A stretch of DNA of 64,000 bases. Origin: Camelus ferus (Eukaryota). The DNA is taken from assembly GCF_009834535.1 (NCBI RefSeq), contig NC_045697.1, positions 34,226,001-34,290,000 of the forward strand, in the 5' to 3' direction. The position numbers and the translations under genes were made by a program. The notes under the pieces were generated by a model. It saw only the letters and a list, made by a program, of their open reading frames with translations, ran no database searches and was not told where the DNA came from. Positions 13,931-26,728 of this stretch are shown here, one piece after another (within the stretch, counting starts at the first letter, position 1; the number at the start of each line of letters is the position of its first letter).

Positions 13931-16163
13931 GTGAGCCTGCGCCCTGCGCCCCGTGGCTTCCTCCTCCCCGTGTTTGACTCTCATTTTATGAGAACTAGCA
14001 TGCATCAAGCCGCGGTCCCGGCTCTGAGGAAAGTGCTTGGGCCACTGGCCCTCTTCTCATGTGGCTTCTTTATTCCTTGTATATAAGTTGGTTGGAGTTT
14101 GTCTGCAAAGAATTTTGCCAACAATGTGCCTCAAAATTATGGTCTCTGAGTTCTCACAGATTTCAGTATATCTGAGTTGTTTTGTATGTAAACTGCAGTT
14201 TGGCTGGGAATAAAATCCCCAGGTCCTGCTGCAGTCTTTCTCTGAGTGCCCTGTAAATATCGTTCCCCATCTTATAGCATTAGAAGTGCTTTGGAAAGAA
14301 TCAGGCCAGAGACTGGCTTAACTTTCCCCATGTAAGTTCTAGGTATTTTTCCTTATATGCTCATAAGTCTGTATCTGCAAATCCAGGTAAATTGACTAAA
14401 TATTATCTCAGTGTCGATTATTCACTATTGAGAATAATCCTGGGACGTGATATATCCTTTAGAATAAAAATTTAAGTAATAAGAAAGAAGACAGAGCTCC
14501 AAGAAGTGATTTTATTACCAGAACCACCCCTGGGGGCATGGGAGAAAGAGATACAGAGCCTTTTAAGAGTGAATTGGTCAAGGTTTTTGTGCCACTTGGC
14601 CAGTGGGGTATGGCTTACTATTGACCAAGTCCAGCTGCTCAGCTGTAATGAGACTATGCAGGGCTTTACCCTCCCTCACTGATAAGCCAAGGCATCTCCA
14701 GCCCCATCCCTACAACCATGGCCACAGCCACATCCCCAGCTGCACACCTGGACAATGTATTTCTTCCTTCCGTGAGCAAACTCCAGTAGCTCACTGTTGC
14801 AGAGAAGGGAGGGAAGTCTACTTAAGGTGGAGAAGGGAGAGTCTAGTAAGGACTAGTAAAGCCCTTCTCTTTGCAATCACGAGAAGGATGTGCTTATGAG
14901 GGAGGGAAGGGAGTTTGTTGTAAAGATACAACAGAGACTTTGATGAACATTGAAGGACAAGAAACAAGTCAGCCCACGTGGGAGAATGATTAGAGAAGAA
15001 CCAAGGAGGCTACTCTGGCCAGCTTTCTCCCCCTGCTGTAAACTACCTCCCACCCATTCTGTTGTCTTCTCCCTCCCTGGCTCTCAGCCTTGCAGTTAAT
15101 TTTTGCAGAGTATCAATTTCCCCTCCTTCATTCTGGGCTCTAGCTAGTAGAGAAAACAGAGAGATATCTGTAGATCAGAGTGTCAGTGTATTAATGGCTT
15201 CCCAGTAATTCCCAAACTGTAGAGTTCCTGGGAGACCTGAATTGGAGACTGTAGTTATAATCTGAGACCAGCACAGGGGTCTCTCATTTCTTATTTAAAT
15301 TCTAGCTTTTAGGAACTTTCTTAGGGCAAGTGGGATCTGTTGTAGACTCCAAGACACTTAGTCAACCAGCTTCATGGAGTCAAAAGCCTGCCTCACACAT
15401 TTGTAAGAAGAATGGAGAATTCATGATCAAAACAGAACCCCTGCCTTTTCAGTGGACTGATCCTGTCCTGATAAAAATGTAACCCAATAGGTGTCAGATT
15501 CTCCCAATCAGATTACCTTGTGGGCAAGAGTGAGTAGGTAAATTGCCTCACCCTGCTACCTCGTGCTGCTTTATAAGAACTGAAAGTAGATTTTTCTCTC
15601 TGACACCCTGAAGACAAAGGAAAATGTATCATTGGTTCCTTCTCCAGGAATTCCACTCCGTTTTTTGTCTGGAAGAGGATTTTCTTAATTTACCCATATG
15701 GTCTCCTCTTTCTTTTAACCTTTACAAATAACTAACCCCATAAACCAACCATCAAAAGACATTAAAGGTGCTGCTAGCTGCATAATACCTGAAACTGAAT
15801 CGTCCAGACACTGCTTTCTCAAATGCACTATTAGAATCAGCCTGAATTTAACTACCAAGTGGAGCCTTCTCCCAACTGTATACTTCCTGGTTTAATTAAA
15901 TAGTTTAACCCTCTTTCCTCATGTACGGTGCCTAGAATTTCCCAGAGACATTGAGCTACAGGGTCCATCCATCGTCAGTGTTACACTGGTCTGATCACAG
16001 AGCGCAGGGAGTCTGTGACCCTGTGGTCCCAGGCTGCGGACCTAGCCTGAGTGCACCCAGAGAGAGGAATACCTAAAACAGGTTGATGACTTGACATTTT
16101 TCCAGGGGTCAGTCCTGGCAGGATTATCAAATGGCCTGCCTCACACCCTTTTTTCCGCCATAG

Positions 16164-16290
16164 GTCATGAGTGACACTGAATATGCAGAGTGGCTGAGTA
16201 ATCATTTTTCAGCTGAAACCAGCATTGACAACAGGGAAGAATTACTACTTGAATCTGCCATGAAGCTGGAGAACAAACTGACTTTACTTG
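16164..16290 (+). CDS. ATP10D: ATP10D coding exon (missed by ORF track)
   Basis: ccatAG|GTC ATG AGT ... CTT G|GTAGGT; VMSDTEYAEWLSNHFSAETSIDNREELLLESAMKLENKLTLL. Confidence 0.95.
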
Positions 16291-17903
16291 GTAGGTAGAC
16301 GGCTGTTGTATTGTCTGAATGGGGAGTTTTCAGAAATACTTGACGTCTCTAAATAAGTCATTCACCAGTGCCTTTTTTTTTTTCACTTTGATCTGATGTA
16401 TGTGGTCCTACCCACCCTGTCCAGTTAGATTTCTGCCCAATTTCCAATTCTTTCCATTTTATTTTCCACTGCAGTAAGTTAGACTTCATTTGTGGTGGGA
16501 TCAGGGTGATCATTCTTAAGATCATTTAAAAATTCAGCACTTAACATAGAGTACAAAGCCAGATAAGTACCCTGGTTCAAGAGAAGAAAGCTAAGGTTTC
16601 TTGCTAGGGCATTGGATGAGGTATTTAGTATGTGTGGTCTTTTTGAATCTATACAACAAATCTCCATTTTATTTAGAAGAAACTTGGGACACAGAACAGT
16701 TTAATGACCCCTCGATGTCACATGCTCAGCACTGGCAGAGCTAGGAAGCAGCTCAGATCTGCCTCCCTCCAGGGCCTGCACTCTTTATTCTGTATCTACA
16801 ACTGGACTCATGAAATGTATGTCTCTCTCTCCGGTTACTTTCCGGTTCCAACTAAAAGTTGTACAACTGACATCTCTTTTCTCAGATTGAGCTGCCTCTT
16901 AAAATCACCTGGAGTGCTTTATCAAAAGCTGATGACTACCCACGGATTCTGATTCAGTCGGTCTGATAGGTGGCCTGGGCATTTGAGGTTTTAAAAGCTC
17001 CCCAAGCAGTTCGAAGAGAGGCAGCCAGTGTTGAGAAACACTGCCCTGGAGTCTGCACATCTAGAGTCTCAAACAAGTGCTAACACACCAAGACATGAGT
17101 CTCTGAGCTCCATTCCTCTGGTTCAGAGAAAAACGATGATCTAACTTGGTCTCTAGCCAGTAGAATAAGGATATTCCTCCTAAGTCATTTCTCCATTTTG
17201 CTGTGATGGATATAGGTCCACGGTTCCTCCTCTGCTGTTCCAGTCTCAAAACTGCTCTGTGGGTTTTAGTGCCAAAAGTCATCTAGCAGCAAAATCAGGT
17301 GTGAGTTGATGAGACAATTTAGTCTTTATTATCCTAATTAATGTGGTTGTTATAATTTGTATGTTTTTCTAAAAAGATTGATATGCTTGATGAACAGATA
17401 TTACAAAATATACATGTACCATCTTACCTTTTTAAAATCTGCGAAACTTTTGAATTCCAAAGCATCTTGCCCCAGTTGTCTCAGAAAAGGGAATTATGGA
17501 CTTGTATCATGAGAGAGCATTAAAAATAGATATTACATGTTGCTGACCAGAACATTCTTTAAAAGCCTGTCCCTCCCCTTGGGAGTATCATAGAATTATA
17601 AGATTGCGGAGTGAGGCTACAAAGGTAATTGAATAACACCCCTTCAATTTACAAAGAGGAAAGCTGGCCAAAAGGAGAGCAAGTTTGATAAACTCATCGA
17701 TTAGTAAAGCTTTCCTCCCAAAAGATTACTTTGTATATGATTCTGGTCTGGGTCTTCACTCTTCACTTGGATCCCTCCAAGCTCCTGGCGGTTTGCGTAG
17801 TTCAGGCTTGGGTTGGCTAACAGACATGATTCAATTATAGCCTAGGGGAGCTTCTGCTGGCTTTAGTTTCTTGCAAGCCCGGTTGCACTTTGTTATCTTT
17901 TAG

Positions 17904-18088
17904 GTGCTACTGGCATTGAAGACCGTCTACAGGAGGGTGTCCCCGAGTCTATAGACGCTCTTCACAAAGCCGGAATCAAGATCTGGATGCTGACAGGCGA
18001 CAAACAGGAGACTGCTGTCAATATTGCTTATGCGTGCAAACTGCTGGAACCAGATGACAAGCTTTTTATCCTCGATACTGAAAGTAAA
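17904..18088 (+). CDS. ATP10D: ATP10D coding exon (P domain, TGD motif)
   Basis: ttttAG|GT GCT ACT ... [26 protein letters not shown]...[18 protein letters not shown]. Confidence 0.97.
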
Positions 18089-18497
18089 GTATGTATACTG
18101 AGATTAAACCAGTCTTTTGTTTCAAAGCCAGTGGAGTACTTGTGGTTTGATAACTATAAGGAGAAAGATGAACCAATAACCATTAGCTCCTTGATAATTA
18201 GTTCTTCCATCCAGCAACCTAGCTTGTTCTTCTAAAGGGCTGGAAAAATAGAATGATTCTAAGGAATCATTGCTGAATAAAGGCATTGAAAGAAAGTTTC
18301 CTTTTTATTTGCTTTTTTCCCCCTCCACATCGGATTATCACTGATTTGACAAGATTTAGCCCAGGATGACAAAATATGTCAAGCTCTGGGACAGGAATCT
18401 ACCTCCCTTTCAAGCTGAGGGGAGGTGATGATTTCTGTTGGAATCAGGTGAATAAATATTTTTATGGTTATTCTAAAAATAGACTCGCAGAATAATT

Positions 18498-18512
18498 GTG
18501 CCCTCTAGTGGT
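18498..18512 (-). promoter_or_regulatory. Candidate CTCF motif
   Basis: ACCACTAGAGGGCAC on - strand matches the CTCF core CCASYAGRKGGCRS. Confidence 0.55.
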
Positions 18513-20239
18513 AAATCTTAGCTAGTGCACCTGAGAAGATCAAAAGTTGGAGGAACTGTTTAAGGGAAGGGAAAAAAGTGTTTTCCTTTTCTTAAGGAGA
18601 AGGAATTTAAGGGGTTTGGACTCAGCCTGTTGTTTTTTGGTTTTTTTTTTTTTCCGATACCCCCCCCTTCCCTCCACCCTGCCACACATCTATAATGCAG
18701 ATGTTCTCATCAGTTAAACGGCAATTTATTTTTTTCAGAAGATTCCTGGTAGTGAAACTAAGATTTGTGAGTATTGTTTAGTCTGCTTGGAAAACCTTCC
18801 TCCTTCCTTCCTGAGTTGTGAGACTTAATCAGTGACATACAGTTGGTCACAGCAACCGGCTTCTCAGAAGCCCTCTGGACCATCTCGCTCAGGGTCACAT
18901 CTTGGGCCTCTGTCACAGGCTGCCAGGTTTGGTCAGCTGTGTCATTACGGTCAGGCCCCGAGCAATACCCGACTAGATGGTGCATCTGGGGGAAAGAGAA
19001 TTTTCCTTATTCGACGCAGAGTGAGTTCTCCTTGGCAGTTGCCCGTGGCCCAGGGACCCACAAGCACAACCACCAGCCAGATCCCGGTACCAGCCAGGAA
19101 GTGAGCACAAGAAAGTGCTTAGTAACTGCAGTCACTAAAGTGGATGTGCCCTGAGTCTGGGAAGACCCGGGCTCAAACGCTTAGCCAGCAGTGACCAGGT
19201 ATGTGACCTTGGGGAGTTACCCTCGTGAGTCATCATCCTTACCTGTAGGGTAAGACTAACGTCTATTTCATAGGCTTGTTGTGGGCATTAAATGAGAAAA
19301 CAGAAATTGTTTAATGTGGTGCCTGGCAGAAGAAAAGGGTTCAATGAACATGTAAGAGTAAAAGTAATCAGTCATTTGTGTTTGATTTTGACTTGGACAT
19401 TTTCGTGAGCAGTAAAATCATGAGGGCTGTGAAATTTATTTGTAAATACACAGTTATGGTTAATGATATTTGAATCTACCAACTCAGGAATACTGTTTTT
19501 TGAGTATCCACTGTGGACTTTTCTGACTACAAAACTCGAGGATTTTGGCTTTTGTTTTGCTATCAATAGCTATTTTACCTCTTTAAGTTTTTCAGATAAC
19601 TAGATGGAACACAGTGAGTGAACAGCATTGGATTTAGTTTTATACCTTAAATTCATGCACATAAAATCCCAGGCACATAGTGGGGCTCCATCACTACATT
19701 AGTTTCTCTTCCCCACTCTCCACCCTCAGAAGATGCCAAGAGTTAAAAATGGAATTGAGGGTCGTGGAGCCCAGTTTGACATTTAGTGAAGGAATTGCTC
19801 CTGTGACATTTTAAGTGGGCCACCTGGCAGCAGGGGAACATCCAGTCATTTCTATGGTGTAGAGCTTCAATTTTACAAATCTCCATCAGCAGTGCTTCCT
19901 AAGTTTGCAAATTAGGTTATAGTTAATGTAGCCACTTACAAACCTTGCGTAGTTTCTGTTCTCATATGTTGTGATTCTTTCTTGTTTTAGTATAACCCTA
20001 ACCCTGGCGTACTTACTGCTTTTCAGAATTCATTATTTGATTCTTAGAATCCACAAAAGGCTTTTTCATACATGATCTCACTTGACCATCACAACAAGTA
20101 GACAAAGCAGGTAAAATTATTCCTGGTTTTTAGCCCAAGACTCCAAAAGGTTGTGATTTGTCGAAGCACCCACAGCTGATTACTTGTCCAGCATGCTTTT
20201 TGTATTATTGCGTATTATATAATCTCTACTATATATATC

Positions 20240-20878
20240 TGTACTTATATGTTATTCATGAAGTTAAGTTCTATAAAGTGACTGAATTAGCAAAAAACTG
20301 AACCATTACCTTTATGGGATATAAAGGATTAGGTTCCCGTGAGCCTCCGGTCACATTTTTGTCAACCAATCAATATATTACCTTGCTTCGTGTGTGTTTC
20401 TTTTTCAAGGCATCATATTTAATATATATATAGTTGATTCATTAACATTGAGCTCAAGACCAACAGCATGTAACTCAAGCCTGAATGAAGCTTGTCTAAC
20501 ACAAGTTTTGTCCATAAGGCACATCGTGCCATCTTGTGCGTGGGAACACTAGCTGCATTAAAGCACTGTAGTTGGGGGCCATTTAAAACAGTGAAATCTC
20601 CAGGAAAAAGCGCAGCAACACAGAAAAACACGTCGCCAAACAGGCTGTAAGAAAGACGCTTGTTTCCAGGGTGGGAGCTGACCCACGTCAGAGCCTCACC
20701 TTGCTCAGCCGCATCCGGGAAGATGCATGTCACATGACTCAAAATTTTGGTCACTCTGTGCATGTCCACAAATGACCGAGAAAGCACCTTGATTGCTGAT
20801 CACAGGATGACAGATAAATTTTAGCAAATAGGTGAATTTGCAGATACGAAATCTGCAAATAATGAAGATTGACTATAT
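20240..20878 (+). mobile_element. MER82-like (TcMar-Tigger) DNA transposon, near full length
   Basis: GTTCTATAAAGT...CTGAATTAGC...GATTCATTAACATTGA...CATGTCCACAAATGACC...GCAAATAATGAAGATTGACTATA, matching the recalled consensus. Confidence 0.8.
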
Positions 20879-21987
20879 ACATGGACATATTTTTTCCTAT
20901 AATGAAAATACAGTTAATTTACAAAACTAAGCATTTTTGTACCCAAGTAGGAGAATAAGAGCATCTATAATCAATCTGCAGTCATCAAAGCACAGATAAT
21001 TGGCATTCAGTTTGAAGGGCGTCCACGCAGACTGCACTCTGCTCTGTGGGCAAATGAATGCTCACACACAGACTGCGTGTATACCCTTGTACAGTCTTGT
21101 AGCTCTATTTTTTCGCTTAATAAATCTCTTAACCATCATCTCATGTTAAATAGACTGCAGGGGATGTTACTTTCTAAATGTATCGTTTTAATTTAACCAA
21201 ACTCTGAAAGGTTTTTAAAAATAATTTTTTTACTATTCTGTTTGGAGTCTATAATGAGAATATTTGATTCATCTTTGGATACTTCTCCTTGGGGGCTTTT
21301 GAGATAGATGGGATCAGATTTGTTAACAAAGGTAAAGGTTGCCAGGGAGCTCCATTTTGAAGTTGAATCTCTTGTTTATAGTTTGTGTGATTATTAAGTC
21401 TTTGTTGTGTTGTGCCTGTGTATCTGTATCTACTTCCCATCTGACTTGGTTGTGGGTTGAGAAACACTTGATAAAACAGCATTTGAAATAAGAGTACGTA
21501 GCCTCTGAGTGTGGGGCTCCCTCATGAATGGGCTATTTCAGGCTTAGTAAGTGAAAACGTAAATGCGCCGCTCCTGGATTTTGTTTGGCTCTATCCCTAG
21601 TGGTCATTTGATACAATGATTTCTGGATCAGCTGATTATTCACGTTCTTGAGTAGAATTCATCCAGCAAATATTTATTGAGTGCCTAGCACAGCCCTCTC
21701 TCAAGCATAGGAAGGTTTTAAAAGTAAATTGAAAGTGCCATCTGTCTTCAGAGAACTTCCTAACTAGTGTGGGGTGAGGAGAGTAGAGGGAGGTACCAAA
21801 CCAAATGTGATGAGTGCCACCAAGAGCACCCGGCCAGAACGTATGCTCTATGAGGGCGGGGATTTCTGGTGCATTGATGTATCCCCAGCACCTAGAATGT
21901 TTTCAAGTATACAGTTGTTTTTCAGTAAATACTTCGTGATGAATGAATGCGTTGAATCCAGAAGAAGATAAAAATCATAATTACTTT

Positions 21988-22119
21988 CGAGGTTTTTTGG
22001 GGCAGTTTTTGAGGGGGGTAATTAGGTTTGTCTATTTATTTAATGGAGGTACTAGGGACTGAACCCAGGACCTTGTACATGCTAGGCACGCTCTCTATCA
22101 CTGAGCTGTACCTTCCCTC
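21988..22119 (-). mobile_element. tRNA-derived SINE, Vic-1-like, with 12-bp TSD
   Basis: tRNA-like head plus AAACCTAATTACCCCCC tail on -; TSD CATAATTACTTT at 21976-21987 and 22120-22131. Confidence 0.85.
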
Positions 22120-22601
22120 CATAATTACTTTTAAATTCTGCTGAGTGTTGTGCTTTACGCTAGGAACTCTGCGTGTGTTACTTCACTTACTCCTCACAAC
22201 AGTATTATAATGTAGACATTTGTGTTTTTCATATGAGAAAATTGAAGCTCAGAGAAGTTACGTAATTTGCCTGATGTCAAGCAGGGAGCAAAGGGCAGAA
22301 TAGGACCAAAGGTCTCTTGAGAGTTGCAGTTTGAGAAAGTAAATTGCACAAATAAAGAAATTGTACAACTATTTCTTAGTCGTACTGTTGGAAGCAAGAT
22401 GTCCCCCATCCTTTTAACACATGGCCGCGTGCGCACAGAAGTCCTCTGTGGAAGAGCTGTGAGGTCTTTGAAAGGAGCTGATGACTCACCACCTGGGGTT
22501 GCTTTGATGCAGCTGTCGTTAAAGAATAATGATGATAAATTCAGCTGGATGTGGCCAGCAAGGGAGCCCCAAGGTTAACGGTCTTTGCCTCTTGGTTTAA
22601 G

Positions 22602-22911
22602 GATGCCTGTGTGATGCTGATGGACACTATTTTGAAAGAAATTCAGAAGAAGAATCCAGCTTCTCCAGAGCCAGCATCATTAAGTGAGGGTTTACACCAG
22701 CCTCCCGCCCCCCAGAACTCAGGGCTGCGGGCTGGACTCGTCATTACCGGGAAGACCCTGGAGTTTGCCCTGCAGGAAAGTCTGCAGAGGCAGTTCCTGG
22801 AGCTGACTGCCTGCTGTCAGGCTGTGGTCTGCTGCCGTGCCACGCCCCTGCAGAAAAGCGAGGTGGTGAAATCGGTACGCAGCCACCTCCAAGTGATGAC
22901 CTTGGCCATCG
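22602..22911 (+). CDS. ATP10D: ATP10D coding exon
   Basis: tttaAG|GAT GCC ... ATC G|GTGAGT; includes VVCCRATPLQKSEVV and MTLAIG. Confidence 0.96.
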
Positions 22912-23284
22912 GTGAGTGGGGACGGACCCCCGCCCTGTGCTGCTCACTTTCGTGTCATGTGAAGTGGTCCTTCGGTCTGTGTTTCCTTCTGCACATCTGT
23001 TAACCCTTCTGTGGGTCTGTCCTTTTCCTCCCCCTCTTTCCCTTCCGCTTTTCCTCTCTCCTTTCTCTCCATCCCCCCGCTCCCTCCCCTCTATAGCCTC
23101 CATCACCTGTCTGACCACCTGCTATGAACCAGGTGATAGAGGTGTGACACGGAAAACAGTATCATAGGACATGGGTCACACGTCAGGTCCCCAAATCAGC
23201 CGGGTTAAGGAGGCTAATGGGCTGAATCACAGAACTGAAAAGTCCACGAGTTCTACCTTCAAGAAAGTTAAATTTAGAAATATG

Positions 23285-24430
23285 AACAATTCGTTTATTT
23301 ATTCAACAAATACTTATCAAGTGCCTTCTATGTACCAGGCATTTTTCCAGGCAACGGAGATACAAGAGTATATCAAACTGACAAAGTATCTTTTCTTAAG
23401 GCACTTACATCTAGTAGGAGGGCAGTACAGGAACAAATGAAACAAAAACAAAAAGGTGTAAAGATTTAAAATACCAGATAGTGACCAATGCTATTGAAAA
23501 AATAAAGCAAAGCCAGCATATGCAGAGCACTGGGGGAGAGGGCTGCGACTGGAAATACCTTTTTCAGAGACAGTCTCACTGATAAGGTTGTGTGTGAGCA
23601 GAGACTTCAAGGAAATGATGAGGGAACCATGGGAGATGTGGGGGAAGAAGGTTCCTGGCAGAGAAGACAATGAAAGGTAAGGCCATGGACCATGCTTGGT
23701 GTGTTCAAGTCCAAGGCAAAGGGATTCAGCAAAGGGAGGATTTCTCTGCAAGCTAGGGAAGGGCAGAGAGGTGGCAGGCAGCCAGACCATGTCGGGTCTT
23801 GGAGGCCAGTGCAGGTTTTGGCTTTGATGGGGAGCTGTAGGTGGACTTTGAGCAGAGGGGGGACATGAGCTGCCTTAACTTTAAAAGGATCACGTTGGCT
23901 GCTGTGTTGAGAGTAACCACTGTGTTGCAAGGACATAATGAGGGAGACCAGTTGAGAGGCTGTTGAAATAATTCAGGCATGAGAGAATGGTGGCTTGAGC
24001 CCAGGTGGATGCAGACGAGGTGGCGGGATGTGGTCAAAGAATGGACATGGTTTGAAGAAAGAGCTGGTGACATTTGCTGATGGACTGGATGTGTTATATA
24101 CTAGAAGGGCTCAAGGAGGGAGGACATCGAGGTTTTGTTTCTAAGAACAGAAAGGACGGAGCTGTTTTTCTGAGACAGTCAGGGAAATCAGGAGTTGGGT
24201 CTTCTACACGTTAAATGTGATAAGCCCATTAGATGTCTAAGCAGTGATGTCAAGTAGGCAGCTGGATATGAAGTCTGGAACTTGGCAAGGAGGAACTGGC
24301 TAGAGATAGAAGTTTGGGAATCATAAGTCTAGTGATGATATTTAAAGCCTTGATAGTAACTGAGATCACCAAAAAATGAGTATAAACGGAGAAGAAAAGC
24401 TGGTGAGATTCAGCTCTGAGACACTCCAGA
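23285..24430 (-). mobile_element. L2 fragment
   Basis: TTTATTCAACAAATACTTATCAAGTGCC 3'-end signature followed by purine-rich L2 body. Confidence 0.7.
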
Positions 24431-25564
24431 GTTCAGGGAAGAGTGAGACAAGGACCCAGCCATCGCCTACAGTCTGTTTTCACCTGGATTGTTTTCCGCT
24501 TCAGGTGGCATCTCCCCTCAAGGTGCTAATAGAGTCCTTGAAAATTCCCACCCTTCTGTCCTGTCCAGTTAGCAACCAGAGTGAAAAGATAGCACCTCTT
24601 TCCAAGTTGCTGAAATAAAGAATCAGGATTAGGATGGAATTTTGTTCAGCTGTCTTATTGAATGAACACGTGAATGAATGAATTGTTCAAGCCACTAGAT
24701 CCAGATGTTCCTGAGGCCAGAACCCTGGACATGTCAATTACATCACTGAAGTTGAGTCACGTGCCCATCTCTGAACCAGTCACTGAGGCTGAGGACAGAC
24801 AATGCTAATTGTCCAGCCCCGGGTCAGTTGCCCTTCCTAAATCTAGGGGTTTGGGTTCATCCTTAAAAGCTACATGGACTCAGAGTCCCCAGGGAAAATC
24901 AGGATACTATTACCAGTGAAGTATAGTGCCAGGATACTATAAACAAGTGAAAGTTGCTGGGCTGTGGGAAATAACAAATGTTCATTACCAGCAGGAAGGC
25001 AATACCTCCTCTTAAGAAGCTTCCAATGTGTTGGGGAGACAAAGAAATCTATGGCAACCACAATGCTGTGTGATAAGTATGATAAAAATTCACAAAGTAG
25101 TACTTGGAGCCTAAGGAAGGGGCATTGGATCTAAAGGCATATGAGAAGGATTTTCCAGAGGCAGTGAGATCTAAGCTGAGAGCAGGGGCGCTTGAAATCC
25201 AGCAAGGTGGGGCGAGGCGGTGAGGACAGTGTTATAAGAGAGGAACAACATGAGCAGTGGCTGGAAGGAGCAGGGTGTATCTGGAAAATTGAAAGTAGAG
25301 TGAGTGGCATAGAGAAAGGGGAGGTCAGTCCAGGTAGGTGGCATAGCATGTAGGACTTTAAGGTAGTATTGAGTTCAGAATTCTTCCCAATGGCAATAGG
25401 GTGTCACATTTAATTTCTGCATGGCTAGCTTCCAGACAATGTGGAGACATGGGATAAACTTTGAAGGATTTGATTGTTTGCTTGAGTGGCTACTGTTGAT
25501 TTGCACCATTTGCATCTTTTCTTTACTCCTCATATGGTTCTTACTTTTTTTCTGTCTCTTGAAG

Positions 25565-25641
25565 GTGATGGTGCCAATGATGTTAGCATGATTCAAGTGG
25601 CAGACATTGGGATAGGGATCTCTGGTCAAGAAGGCATGCAG
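25565..25641 (+). CDS. ATP10D: ATP10D coding exon (GDGAND hinge)
   Basis: ttgaAG|GT GAT GGT GCC AAT GAT ... [38 protein letters not shown]. Confidence 0.97.
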
Positions 25642-26602
25642 GTGAGTGGATGTTGGGCACCCAAATACCGTGAACCTCACCTGCCCATCCAGAGGCAACA
25701 TTCTCCATGGCCAGACCTCTGTGGTGGAGCGAGGCTGTCTGCGGCTAGCTCAGGAGTGGGTGGCAGGACAGTAAGCCATTCATTCGTTCATCATTTACTG
25801 GGTGAGCAGTATTGGTATTTTCCTGGACAGTTTTAGCTCTGCAGTTCACTTACTCAGTTTAAAAAGTATAAGTTATCTAACTCATAAGAGCATATAGTTT
25901 AGCCCTGCAATGACTACGTGACTTTTGACATTGATGAGAGCCACTAAGGATTTGAATAAAAGACCTAAGGATCTTAAAGAAGGAGCGAGGAGAAGATCTG
26001 AGAGAATGAGGGAGATGGGAGTGTCCTGTTTATGTGTGTATGTTGGCTAATGTTTTAGGCACAAAAGTCAGATAGAAGCTTGTCCAAAAGACTGCTTGTC
26101 ATCTGTGGAGCAAATGCTGTCAAAGAAAAGTGGAGATGAGGCTTAGGGTTTCCCAAGAATTGTAAATTACGGCATCTCTACAAAAGATGAGAAATTCAAA
26201 TACCTCTTTGCCTGACACATTATACAAAGTCACATGGAGTCATGACTACAGTACTTTTAATATTTTCCTCCTGGAGGAGAAGCAAGTGCACATTGTGATG
26301 AGCTGCCTCCTAGGGGCAGCACACTTGCTCAAATGACATCATGAGTGGTAACAAAGAGAGAGGACTTGTTTCATTGGCCCATACTGGAAGGCTGCATAGG
26401 CAACCTGTTAAGGCTCTGTACTCGTGGGTTTTTGTTGGGAGGGTTTTTGTTTTGGCTTGCTTTTGGGGTATATTTGGTCTATGTGTAAGGTTTAAAACAT
26501 ATTTGAACGGTCTGAGCCTGCTGGCAGTCAGGTGGCCAGGCTGTGTCTGTTCTAACGCGTTGGATTGCTCAGGGTGACGTTCTCTCCCCGTTGCCTCCGC
26601 AG

Positions 26603-26728
26603 GCTGTGATGGCCAGCGACTTTGCCATTTCTCAGTTTAAACATCTCAGCAAGCTCCTCCTTGTCCATGGGCATTGGTGTTATATCCGACTTTCCAACAT
26701 GATTCTCTATTTTTTCTACAAGAACGTG
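26603..26728 (+). CDS. ATP10D: ATP10D coding exon (into TM5)
   Basis: ccgcAG|GCT GTG ATG ... [39 protein letters not shown]...YFFYKNV. Confidence 0.97.
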
